Origin: Octopus bimaculoides
Taxonomy: Eukaryota
Length of the DNA: 64,000 bases
NCBI RefSeq assembly: GCF_001194135.2
Contig: NC_068981.1
Span: 52,009,710-52,073,709 of the forward strand
Direction: 5' to 3'
Below are positions 53,739 through 64,000 of this stretch, piece by piece. How positions within the stretch are numbered: the first letter of the stretch is position 1; each line of letters starts with the position of its first letter. The notes under the pieces are model-generated. The model made no database searches. It was not told the DNA's origin and was given only the letters and a program-made list of their open reading frames with translations. The position numbers and the translations under genes were made by a program.

Positions 53739-56700
53739 GTCTCTGCACAGCTTCTAGCGCTGGAGATGTACTAAGGTGTCAGCTGTTCTCTACCAGTGAA
53801 CTAAGGTAACAACTCTTATATTTCGAGCACCTTCCGGAGTATTCGAGCGGTTCCAAGCAGTGCTATTTTCTGCAAATGCTCCATCTTTATTGCAGCCCCT
53901 ATTTGTTCCATCTACTTCTCGAGATTTTTACTCACTGTTTCCAGGGCTCCGACAATTATTGGTACTACTACCACCTTTTTCATCGACCACAACTGCTTAA
54001 CATCCCAAGCTAACTTGTCATATCTATCGACTTTTCTTTCTTCCTTATCGCATACCTTGTTGTCAGTTGGGCATGCTATATCTATGATCCAGCATAGATT
54101 GCTTTCTTTCTAAATTAAGACTATGACTGGCTTCCTATTCTCTATCTCATGGTCGCACTGAATCATAAAATCCCACAGGATCTTTGCATTATCATTTTCG
54201 ATGATGCCTTCGGGTTTGTGGTCTACCAATTTTTTTGCTCTGTTGAGTCCATGCATTCTTTTCTTTACCCACCTATTTTCAGTTTCATTCGTTTTCAATT
54301 GCTTGTACAGTGCTTTATCTTTGCAATCTTTCATCTTACACAAGCCTGACCTTCTAATATTAACGGTTTTGTAGAATTTTTTACGTACCATGCTATGTTG
54401 CATTCTTCTGCTCTACTACTGTGTTCGCATCCAATAAGTCCTTTTCCCTTCTTTTTGTTGGTATAAACAGTCTGTTTGTGTCACTTTTGCGGTGGAATGT
54501 CCCATATTTAGTTAGCAACTTCCTCTTCTTTCTGTCTAAGCTGTTTAGTTCGTCTACTGTCCATACAATTACCCCTGCTCCATATCTAAGGAGTGAAACC
54601 GTCCAGGTGTTGATAGCTTCAATCTTATTCCATCTGTTTAATTTCGATTTAAGTATCAGTCTCAGTATGCGCAAGTACTCCACCTGAAATGTTTCTGTCA
54701 TTTCTTTCTCCATCAATTTATCTATTTTCCAAAATCCTCAAGTACTTATAGCCCGTCTCTTCTATCTGCTTCATAACCTCCCCCGACGGTATCGTTAGCT
54801 CGTCCATACATTTGATTTTGCTTCTCTTCAAGTTTAACACACCACACTTTCTCAGTCTGAACTCCATTCTGATATCAGCACTGAGAGTATACACCGTATC
54901 AACGAGGGAACTAACTTGGGTTTCATCTTTACCATAAAGTTTGTGGTCATCCATGAATAACAAATGGTTGACTTTTTGTTGGCAGCTTTTCAATATGTAC
55001 CCAGCTTTTGCTTTCATCAGATTTAGTATTAGTAGTATCAAGCACAGTACAAAGATCAGTGGGGACAGGCAGTCCCCTTGGAAGATGCCCCTCCTGATTT
55101 CTACTGTCCCTAAACTTCTTCCGCATGCTGTCAGGTCCGTTCTCCAAATCGTCATACTCTTTCCAAGCAATCGCTCAACATTCGATTCGTTACCAAATAG
55201 GTTAATACATTCCATATTCCAAGAATGTGGGATCATATTGTACACCTTGCGATAGTCGATCCATGACATGGCTGAGTTACTTTTCCTCCTCTTGCAGTCT
55301 CTGAGTACAGTTTTGTCAATCAGGAGTTGATCCTTGGTACCTCTGCACTTACACTTGCAACCCTTCTGCTCATGTGCCAGGAGTCCATTTTCTTTTCCAG
55401 ATGTTTGTACATTGACTCTGCGAGTATTCCTTTCAATAATTTCCACATAAATGGTAAACAGGATATCGGCCTGTAATTGTCTACCGTATTGCCTTTTTCG
55501 ATGCTTTTCAAGCACAGCACTGTCCTACCCAATGTCAACCACTCTGGTTTGACTTGGTCGGCATTTAACAAGGTGTTGAGTTGCGTAGCTATTCGTGCAT
55601 GACATTCATCAAATCTTTTGATCCAGTAGCCTTGAACTCCATCTGGCCCTGGGGCCTTCCAGTTGCTCATTCTTTTGCTAGTTTCCTTCACTTCCCTAAC
55701 TGAAATGCCTAGTTCTGCCTATTTTGGACAGACTACTGTTTGTTTCAGTTCTTGCAACTATTCAGCATCCTTCTTGTGCACCTTGTCTTTGCTCCAGATG
55801 TCACCCCAAAACCTTTGACTTTCATTGTTATCTGGTATCAACTATTCATCTGTACACTTTCCATTTATTTCTTTATAGAACCTCTTCTGGTCTACTCTGA
55901 ATAACCTATTCTGGTGGTAACCCTTCATTCTTTGGTCGTATCTTACCATCTTTGTTTTCTTTGCAAAGATGCGCTGTTTCAATTCCTCCATTACCACTGT
56001 CAGGTCCTTTCTTTCAATATTATATTTCCTTTTCAGCGCCCTGCATTTTTGTTCGCTTTTTAAGCTCCCCTTTCTCTTTCCGGCCTAACACAGAAATGTC
56101 CTTCGAGAGCATGTCTAACCCTGCCTGTATTCTTCTTTCCCACTGTGGATCTTTTCTTTTGTTACTCCCATTATATTTCTTTTTCTTGACATCAACACCC
56201 ACGTTTTCTGCTACAACAATACTTGCTGCCTTGATCAAATGATTTGTTTCTGTGATGTTGTTTGTTTTGATGTATTTCAGAATTTTATTGACATTTTGCG
56301 TTTCTTGGTTCAATTTCCACCGATCAAACTTTTTTAAGGTTGCAAATAATGTTGCCATCGTTCTCCTGTAGTTTTGCCTATATTCTGTCGTAGATTACCT
56401 TTTGTTCATCTGTCATGTCACCATTAGTTTTATTGACTTCTTTCAGATCATCTATATGTCTCTCATCAAGTAAGCTACCACTGCTCCTTTCCTGTGCTAT
56501 AAGATTACTTTTATTAGTAAGAACTGTATTTTCATTGTTATCTCTGCTACAGTTTTTCAAGACCCGTCTTTTGATAGCTTCGAGCTCCACTTCTGTGAAC
56601 CGATGACTTTTTTGTTATTGCTCTAGCTTGATCACATAGTCTCTGTTCCATGAGTTGAATCAATCCCTTTTCCCTCCAGTGATCATATATACGTTGTCGG

Positions 56701-56850
56701 TAACCCCTAATCTGAGCACCATTTTCATCTACAAGGTTGCTTAGGTAGTAACACTCTGTGACCACAGCATCAATTTCCTTGCTCCATCTACACCATGTCA
56801 CCATCAGTGGTTTCACTTTCATTACCACCGTTATTCACAATACTTTGTTT
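53739..56850 (-). mobile_element. Near-full-length R4/Dong-clade non-LTR retrotransposon (single ORF: N-terminal domain, RT, REL endonuclease), disabled
   Basis: Collinear motifs: RWSKE..V.ECYY...GYRQR...EQRLCDQARAI; FWGDIW; NWKAPGPDGVQGYW; NYRPISCL; [14 protein letters not shown]; [14 protein letters not shown]; [10 protein letters not shown]; [10 protein letters not shown] (54946-54954); YKYL; ILWDFMIQCD..RKPV; IVVGALG; QKIALLGTARILRKVL* (stop at ~53816). Then a short 3' UTR and an (AAT)n tail. Multiple frameshifts and stops. Confidence 0.95.
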
Positions 56851-56914
56851 TTTCATTGTCTCTCATATGAGGTAGCGATTATCAGGTTGCGCAATTGCCA
56901 GTGTTTTTATTGTG

Positions 56915-57003
56915 ACACCATGAATAGGTTATTCAGAGTAGATCAGAAGAGATTCTATGAAAAAATAAATGGAGAGTGTACAGATGAAAAGTTGATACCA
57001 GAT
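56915..57003 (+). mobile_element. Inverted ~90-bp R4 internal fragment (NRLFRVDQKRFY..ING)
   Basis: Reverse-complement match, ~90% by eye, to ~55830-55920. Confidence 0.85.
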
Positions 57004-57205
57004 AGAAAGCATTTTTTCTTCATGATTTCTGACAACTATATCTGGCCTATTGGCCTTAACTTCTCTATCTGTGTGTATTGGCATATCCCAGAGTATGGTT
57101 GCTTTCTCGTTTTCTCTGACCTTTTCTGGCGTGTGCTTATACCATCTTATACCATCTTTTTTCTGTTGTTATTCCAGTGTTGGCATAGCTTCCAGTGTAT
57201 GTAGT
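57004..57205 (-). mobile_element. R4-clade endonuclease-region fragment from a second subfamily
   Basis: YIHWKLCQH...WYKHTPEKVRENEKATILWDMPIHTDREVKANRPDIVV. Confidence 0.85.
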
Positions 57206-57239
57206 TCAAAATAAGAAGTGATAAAAATTCAAATTTATT

Positions 57240-58317
57240 GAAATTTAAACGTAAAGTATGAACGAGAGCAACCAGCGCCCACACGTTAATGGAATGACAT
57301 CATCAGTTTTTAAGATAAAATTTTATAACAAGCAAAAAGAAAAAGACAGAAAAAAAACAGAAAAAAGAAGACGACAGAAAAAAAGAGGAAAGAAAAAAGA
57401 GAGAAAGAAGAATATTTAATCAAGCAGTTTTTTATAAATGTGATGAGATTCTCCTGTTATTTTATTCATTCCTCTAGGGCGTGATGTTAATAACCCGCAA
57501 ACATGTCTCCTCATACATTCTGAGAAGTGAAAGTGAAGCAGATTCAGAATATTTTTTGAGAATATGCACTTTCAAGTCTTCTTCAAAATTACAGCCGCTT
57601 GAAACGAAATGTTCAGCAAGTTCTGTAGAACTACTGTTATTGTGCCTGACGTCGAATCTGTGCCCATTAAACTTTTTGTTTAATTGTTCTGTTGTACAAC
57701 CAACATAAATTGTGTTTCGTGCATTCTGCAGCGTACACCAAATGGGAATCTTTACATGTTCCACCTTCTGTATAAATCATAACATTTCTGTTATGATTTC
57801 TGATGGAATTCACTTCAATCATGTTGTTGCACAATGAACAGGGCTTACCTTTCTTGCGGCTATTCTTTAAGGTACATCGTGCAGATATTACAATGTTCGT
57901 TTTCTTGGAGTCAGAAATGGCGGTCAATAATTCTCTTATATTCTTATTCCGTCTAAATAACAGTAGTTCGACAGAACTTGCTGAACATTTCGTTTCAAGC
58001 GGCTGCAATTTTGAAGAAGACTTGAAAGTGCATATTCTCAAAAAATATTCTGAATCTGCTTCACTTTTACTTCTCAGNNNNNNNNNNAGTGCATATTCTC
58101 AAAAAATATTCTGAATCTGCTTCACTTTTACTTCTCAGAATGTATGAGAAATATGTTTGCGGGTTATTAACATCACGCCCTGGAGGAATGAATAAGATGA
58201 CAGGAGAATCTCATCACATTTATAAAAAAATTGTTTGATTAAATATTCTTCTTTCTCTCTTTTTTCTTTCCTCTTTTTTTCTGTCGTCTTCTTTTTTCTG
58301 TTTTTTTTTTCGTCTTG
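57240..58317 (-). mobile_element. 5'-truncated Penelope-like element with an inverted pseudo-LTR
   Basis: Minus strand 57955 to 57240 encodes GKPCSLC...CKDSHLVYAAEC..H-IYVGCTTEQLNKKFNGHRFD...ELAEHF...DLKVHIL...P*GMN (GIY-YIG). Segment 57956-58317 is an inverted copy of 57343-57641. Confidence 0.88.
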
Positions 58318-58342
58318 ACTATTATTATTATTATTATCACCA

Positions 58343-58394
<52 letters not shown>

Positions 58395-58396
<2 letters not shown>

Positions 58397-58605
58397 CCGC
58401 GAGCGGGAAGAATCGTTAGTACGCCGAACAAACTGCTTAGCGGCATTTCATCCGTTTTCATGTTCTAAGTTCGAATGTCGCCGGGATCGACTTTGCCTTT
58501 CATCCTTTCGGGGTCAATAAAACAAGTACCAGTTGAACTGGGATCGATGTAATCGACTCATCTCCTCCCCAAAAATGGCTGCCTCTTTGGCAAAATTTGA
58601 ATATA
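58395..58605 (+). mobile_element. tRNA-derived SINE (same family); a second partial copy follows at ~58700-58850
   Basis: GATCGACTTTGCCTTTCATCCTTTCGGGGTCAATAAAACAAGTACCAG. Confidence 0.88.
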
Positions 58606-58616
58606 TTATTATTATT

Positions 58617-58652
<36 letters not shown>

Positions 58653-59699
58653 ATCAAAGTTGATGTAAAATGGCGGTGAATATTATAGTCAATACTTAAT
58701 ATCCATTCATATTCTAAGATGGAAATCCGCCTACATCGAATTTTCCTAGTCATCCTTGCGCGGTCGATAAAATAAGTTACCAGTAAAGCATTAACCTCTT
58801 TATAACAGGCTACATCTTTCCCGTAAAATTTACGACTTTGTACCAATATTATCAATCGTGATCTCTTTACCTAGAGGCTTGAAGTTCACGGCAAAGTTGC
58901 AGTCTCGATCAGCTAATGCAGGGTGAAAAAAACCATGAATGTTATGATAGAACTCTTTATTTTCTTCAGCTAAGATACTGACTCCTTATAGACAAATAAA
59001 ATAAAGCAATAATAGTTGCTGCTGTGTTCCACTATTGAATATGACATAAATATATGTTCATTCTGTTGGAAAAAATATATTGAAACTGTTTCTTTTGACC
59101 TACATTAACACATGTGAGTAGGCAAGTGGTAAGTTAAAACCAAGTCAAAAATTGCGCTTTCGGTTTTAGTCCGATTCTCTGATCGAATTACTGACATGCA
59201 CTCAATGATCATGTCTTCGATTTCTGACTATATATCTTGAATATTTTTAAAATCGTTCAGAAACTACAGAGCTGACTTCCTCCTTACAAACGACATGAAT
59301 ATAATATTTTTGATGGAAATCTGATAACATTTTAATAGTTATGAAACTTCTGAATTAGTGATAACAATAAGGTATCAGAGTACAAGCGTTGCATAATTCA
59401 CGTCTGTAAGTATTATAAGGTTCAAATTCGTCTACTAGCCAACAGCTAATTATGTGCGCGCGCGAGAATGTGTGTGTGTGTGTGCGTGCGTGCGTGCGCG
59501 CGCGTAATTAAATGAAGAGAGGGAGTGAGTGGCAAAAGTATTAAGTTGGAAAGAAAATCCTGTTGCAGTTTTGCACAATTACTTTGAGGATATTTTCAAT
59601 ATTTACGGAGTAAAATAAGCATTAATTTTTTTCATTCTAATATTATTTTCTTTTTTGCAGATTACTTTATGCCATATTAGTTAAATTCGTATCGATTTT

Positions 59700-60670
59700 A
59701 TTCTTTTAAAATTAGTTTAGATCCAACCTATATCTGACACTACATGAGGTATGAATTGAAAAGGAGCTCTTCAGTATTGGAAGAGGCATGAAATATTCAT
59801 TCTGGCCAGGGAAATGAAGCTTTAAGTGTCCAGACTTGCTATTGATGGTCTGAGCAGTTTCGCTCAGAAAACTTTTTTCATGTAGATTCCTCATGCTCTG
59901 GACAGCCAAATTCCGTCAATATTGAGCTCCTGAAAACTGTGGTTGAGGAAGATATAAAGCAAACTGCACGAGAATTAACAAAACAATTCAACTCATCACA
60001 CTTCGGTCATAAATTAAATCCATGAGCAAGGAAAAGTATCTAAACTTTTGTCAGTGGGTCCTAGTTGTTTGAGTGCTTCGCGGCTTAACCAAAGAGTTCT
60101 CCTTTGCTTGTCATTGAAAATAGACTTGTTACCGAACCTTTCCTGGATAGAATCATCACGATTGATTAACATCGGGTTCTCTATAATCATATTCAACGCA
60201 AAACGACAATGGTTAGTACAGCAATGAAAAAGAATAAAATCCATCGCCAAACCAGGACTACATCTGAACGGTAAACCTAAACGAAACAGTAAACGCAATT
60301 TACAAAATTGAAAGCATTGCACAAAAATTTGCAGATAAAGCATCTGTTATTAGTCAATCGTAAAGGCTTGTTTCTCTTATAAGACAGCATGTTTCTCAAG
60401 TAACTCGGGAAAAGATTATGGCACTAAATATGGAAGTGTTTCACCTTCCTCCTTACTCTCCTAACTTTATTCCATCTTATCATCTTTACAGATCATAGCA
60501 ACATTATTTAGGTGGAGAACAGTTTACTAGTTGTAAAGAGTTTGAAAATAATATTGGTAGTTTCTTAGCAACGAAAAGTGAAACATTTTACGCCTGAGGG
60601 ATCAACAATTTACCAGATGGATGGGATTATGCTCTCAATATTGAGGGAGAATATTATCTTGATTTAATGT
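59700..60670 (+). mobile_element. Old degraded mariner transposase relic
   Basis: EPFLDRIIT(xDEKW), AKPGLH, VSQVTREKI...EVFHLPPYSPNF...HLYRS..HYLGG, W. Many stops; no clear TIRs. Confidence 0.75.
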
Positions 60671-61402
60671 ACCGATTAAGACCAAGGAAGCATTTGCTTC
60701 TTTCTCGTCTTGAAATGCAACAGGACTCTCTTACCAACGTCATACGTTACTCCATTCTGTCAAGGGTGTAACTAGTGACTCGACGTGATCGGTCGTCCTA
60801 TCAACTACTAGAGCGAAACCTTATCACCTCTCCGAAAAATCAAATATCTTCCTTTTATATATGTTTTGATATTTTTGTTCTGATTTATTACTTTTCACTC
60901 GCCAACGCCTACTTCTTTAAGCTATTCCCCGTTACTGCTCCTCTCATTCTCTTTATCTCATTTGATTTTTGCTTTGTTCTTTGCTGTTTTTGTTTGTTTT
61001 TGTTGGAGCTTTTTTTTCTAATTACTTAGAGACCAATCTGAAAATGAAGGAATAGTTTTAATATGATAGTAACAGTATGAAATTGGTTGTATATAGTAGC
61101 TGACACAACCCGAGTTAAAATCCGGTTCAAAAAACCTTTCATTATCCCTTAGAGACCACGATGCATAAATTAATATAATAAAGCTGTTTTGTTCTTTAGC
61201 AGAGTTAATGGAAAGGAGAAATGATGACACATAAACATACGCACATATATAAACAGATCTGTGTGTATATGTGAGTGTATACTTCATTATGAAACTCTTA
61301 TATGAATGTGCATATGTGTTTATGCATATATATATATATAATATATATTAATATATACCGTGGGTATATGAATGTATTGACACACACATATATATGCATG
61401 TA

Positions 61403-61469
<67 letters not shown>

Positions 61470-62003
61470 NNNNNNNNNNNNNNNNNNNNNNNNNNNNNNN
61501 NNNNNNNNNNNNNNNNNNNNNNNNNNNNNNNNNNNNNNNNNNNNNNNNNNNNNNNNNNNNNNNNNNNNNNNNNNNNNNNNNNNNNNNNNNNNNNNNNNNN
61601 NNNNNNNNNNNNNNNNNNNNNNNNNNNNNNNNNNNNNNNNNNNNNNNNNNNNNNNNNNNNNNNNNNNNNNNNNNNNNNNNNNNNNNNNNNNNNNNNNNNN
61701 NNNNNNNNNNNNNNNNNNNNNNNNNNNNNNNNNNNNNNNNNNNNNNNNNNNNNNNNNNNNNNNNNNNNNNNNNNNNNNNNNNNNNNNNNNNNNNNNNNNN
61801 NNNNNNNNNNNNNNNNNNNNNNNNNNNNNNNNNNNNNNNNNNNNNNNNNNNNNNNNNNNNNNNNNNNNNNNNNNNNNNNNNNNNNNNNNNNNNNNNNNNN
61901 NNNNNNNNNNNNNNNNNNNNNNNNNNNNNNNNNNNNNNNNNNNNNNNNNNNNNNNNNNNNNNNNNNNNNNNNNNNNNNNNNNNNNNNNNNNNNNNNNNNN
62001 NNN

Positions 62004-62040
<37 letters not shown>

Positions 62041-62254
62041 TATATACTTCATTATGAACTTCTATTACTCTACTTATGCTTTTATAATATATACATATAA
62101 ATACACATACATATACATGTATATAGTATACATTATATTCGTGTATATATACACATACAAGTATATATACATACGTGTATACATATATAAATGTACTTGT
62201 GTGTGTGTATATAGATAGATATGTATATGTATAAATACAGAGTATGAGAGTAAG

Positions 62255-62480
62255 TAGAGTGAGTGAGTGAGTGAGTGAGTGAGTGAATGAGTGAGTCAGT
62301 CAGTCAGTCAGTCAGCAGTCAATCAGTCAGTCAGCAGTCAATCAGTCAGTCAGCAGTCAATCAGTCAGTCAGTCAGCAGTCAATCAGTCAGTCAGTCAGC
62401 AGTCAATCAGTCAGTCAGTCAATCAGCAGTCAATCAGTCAGTCAGTCAGTCAGCAGTCAATCAGTCAGTCAGTCAGTGTG
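62255..62480. repeat. (GAGT)n/(AGTC)n array with a 19-27-bp higher-order unit (…CAGCAGTCAATC…)
   Basis: Seen directly. Confidence 0.95.
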
Positions 62481-63312
62481 TGAGTGAGAAGTACTTTCGT
62501 ATTGAAGCTATAATTTTTGGGGAAACTGAGAATGTCAATTTGTAGCGCTAATTGGTAATGTCCTTCCTCAAAAGCATAAGTCGAGTTATAAAAGTAGGTT
62601 ATTCTGTGAATCAAAATTATGTATTTGTTGGTGTTATACGATGCTTTCATATCGTTTTTTTTTATTTTTAGATTAGGAGATTAGGACTGCTGTAAAAATG
62701 CCATTATCCATTATTGTTGAAGAAATTTTTGAAGAGAATTTCTTTTTGTACCTACGTTTGTATATCAAGGATGTAGTAATTTTCTTTTGCCAATACACAT
62801 CACATTTCCAAACTGCATAGCTGGAAGAATTTGAACATAAGAGTTTAAATCAAAGTAACAATTATATATGATTATTATTATGTCTTACTGCATATTTACA
62901 GCTAGATGGACATCGCCAATGTGATTTTTGTTTTGTGCAATTGACATAGTGACATTAAATTGGCATGATTCAAAATACAAATAGATTGATGTACTCGCTC
63001 AGAATGAGAAAAGGCTACGATGAGTGCTACTTATTTTACAGTAAATGTGAAGAGGAAGCTGACAAAAAAAACATCGAAGGAGGGAAGCAGACCAACGAGG
63101 AGAACTTTTGTACCAAGCTGCTCTCATGTTCTCATGTGTTTGATGCTAATGTTTTTCTCAGTAAAGAAAAACAATCTTAAACAGGCATTTTAAAACACAT
63201 AGATACATTCAGCGGAATAAAGTTCTTCAGGTCAAGAAATGCCTATGACGATGATAATTATATATTTTCCTGAAAATTACATCTTCAGTACAAATATATA
63301 GTACTACACACA

Positions 63313-63351
<39 letters not shown>

Positions 63352-64000
63352 NNNNNNNNNNATATATAACACATAACTGATGTGTGTGTGTGTGTGTGTG
63401 TGTGTGTTTGTGTGTTGTGTGTGTGTAGCACTATATTTTTATACTAAAGATGCAATTTTCAGGAAAATATATAATTGCAATTTCTGGCGTTATACATAAA
63501 TGTCGTTTTTAAAAGCATAAGTAGAATAATAGAAGTTATTCTGAGAATCAAAATTATATACTGTGTTGAGGTCAGACAAGACCTTTGTTATTAGATTTTT
63601 TTTTGAGGATATTGGAGTTATGTAGACATCCCCAACCCACTAGCTTCTAGGTGAAACTCTTGAAGGTCATTTCATACGAATTGTACACCTAAGACAATTT
63701 ATTTTTGCCAGAACCCATTATCTCTCTAGGTTTCAATTATTGTATCATAACAGTCTAAATAAAATAGTATTTGCTTGCTATACAGTGTTCTAACGTCCTG
63801 GTACATATTTACGGTTAGATGGGCAATATCAGCGTGGTTTAATGTGCAGTTCAGACTTGGTGACACTCTGGTGACAAAATACAAAGCACCAATCTTGGTC
63901 ATCTAGGCCAAATGCTCCATTTGAAATTCTACAGAATAATTCTGGGAGAATTATTCTGATTTTTTTCCCCTTTTTCAAGTACATTGAAAACAAAAATGAA

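Noticed and set aside
57275-57310. CTGATGA on the minus strand at the 3' end of the second Penelope element, as a hammerhead core
   Set aside because: The stem II partner and GAAA are missing, so at most this is a decayed remnant.
58028-58140. ~50-bp tandem duplication in the Penelope inverted arm
   Set aside because: Identical sequence on both sides of a 10-N gap is typical of an unmerged contig overlap.
23745-60790. Micro-exon candidates with good-looking splice sites (23.75 kb plus strand; 44.57 kb plus strand; 60.74 kb minus strand)
   Set aside because: AG...GT(A/G)AG pairs 20-30 bp apart are expected by chance in 64 kb, and nothing links them into a gene.
63254-63477. Inverted repeat (~60 bp unique plus CA/TG tracts) centred on an N gap
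   Set aside because: The symmetry centres on a 9-N scaffolding gap, so it may be two diverged copies or haplotypes joined in opposite orientation. It cannot be trusted as a real hairpin without long reads.

Overview
AT-rich, microsatellite-saturated eukaryotic DNA from a gapped short-read draft assembly, with many N runs next to simple repeats. The mix of tRNA-derived SINEs, RTE tails, R4/Dong LINEs, Penelope elements and mariners suggests a coleoid cephalopod such as Octopus; this is inference from the repeat landscape, not a database match. I could not identify any host protein-coding gene, and most ORF-track entries are translated microsatellites or N gaps. The window is a transposon graveyard. 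It holds one near-full-length but disabled R4/Dong-clade LINE (~53.7-56.9 kb) and several older R4 relics, three DD34D-type mariners, one DD37D (maT) element, Penelope-like relics, RTE 3' ends and about ten SINE copies, two with clean TSDs. Among the Penelope relics, one has an inverted pseudo-LTR and one has a hammerhead-like motif. The most unusual structures are a CpG-rich 28S rRNA fragment inside a chimeric cassette bracketed by ~150-bp inverted repeats (30.3-31.9 kb), three nested inverted repeats around a ~370-bp hairpin (24.8-27.0 kb), and an isolated 210-bp near-perfect palindrome (35.5-35.7 kb). I see no convincing evidence of a new multi-gene system.
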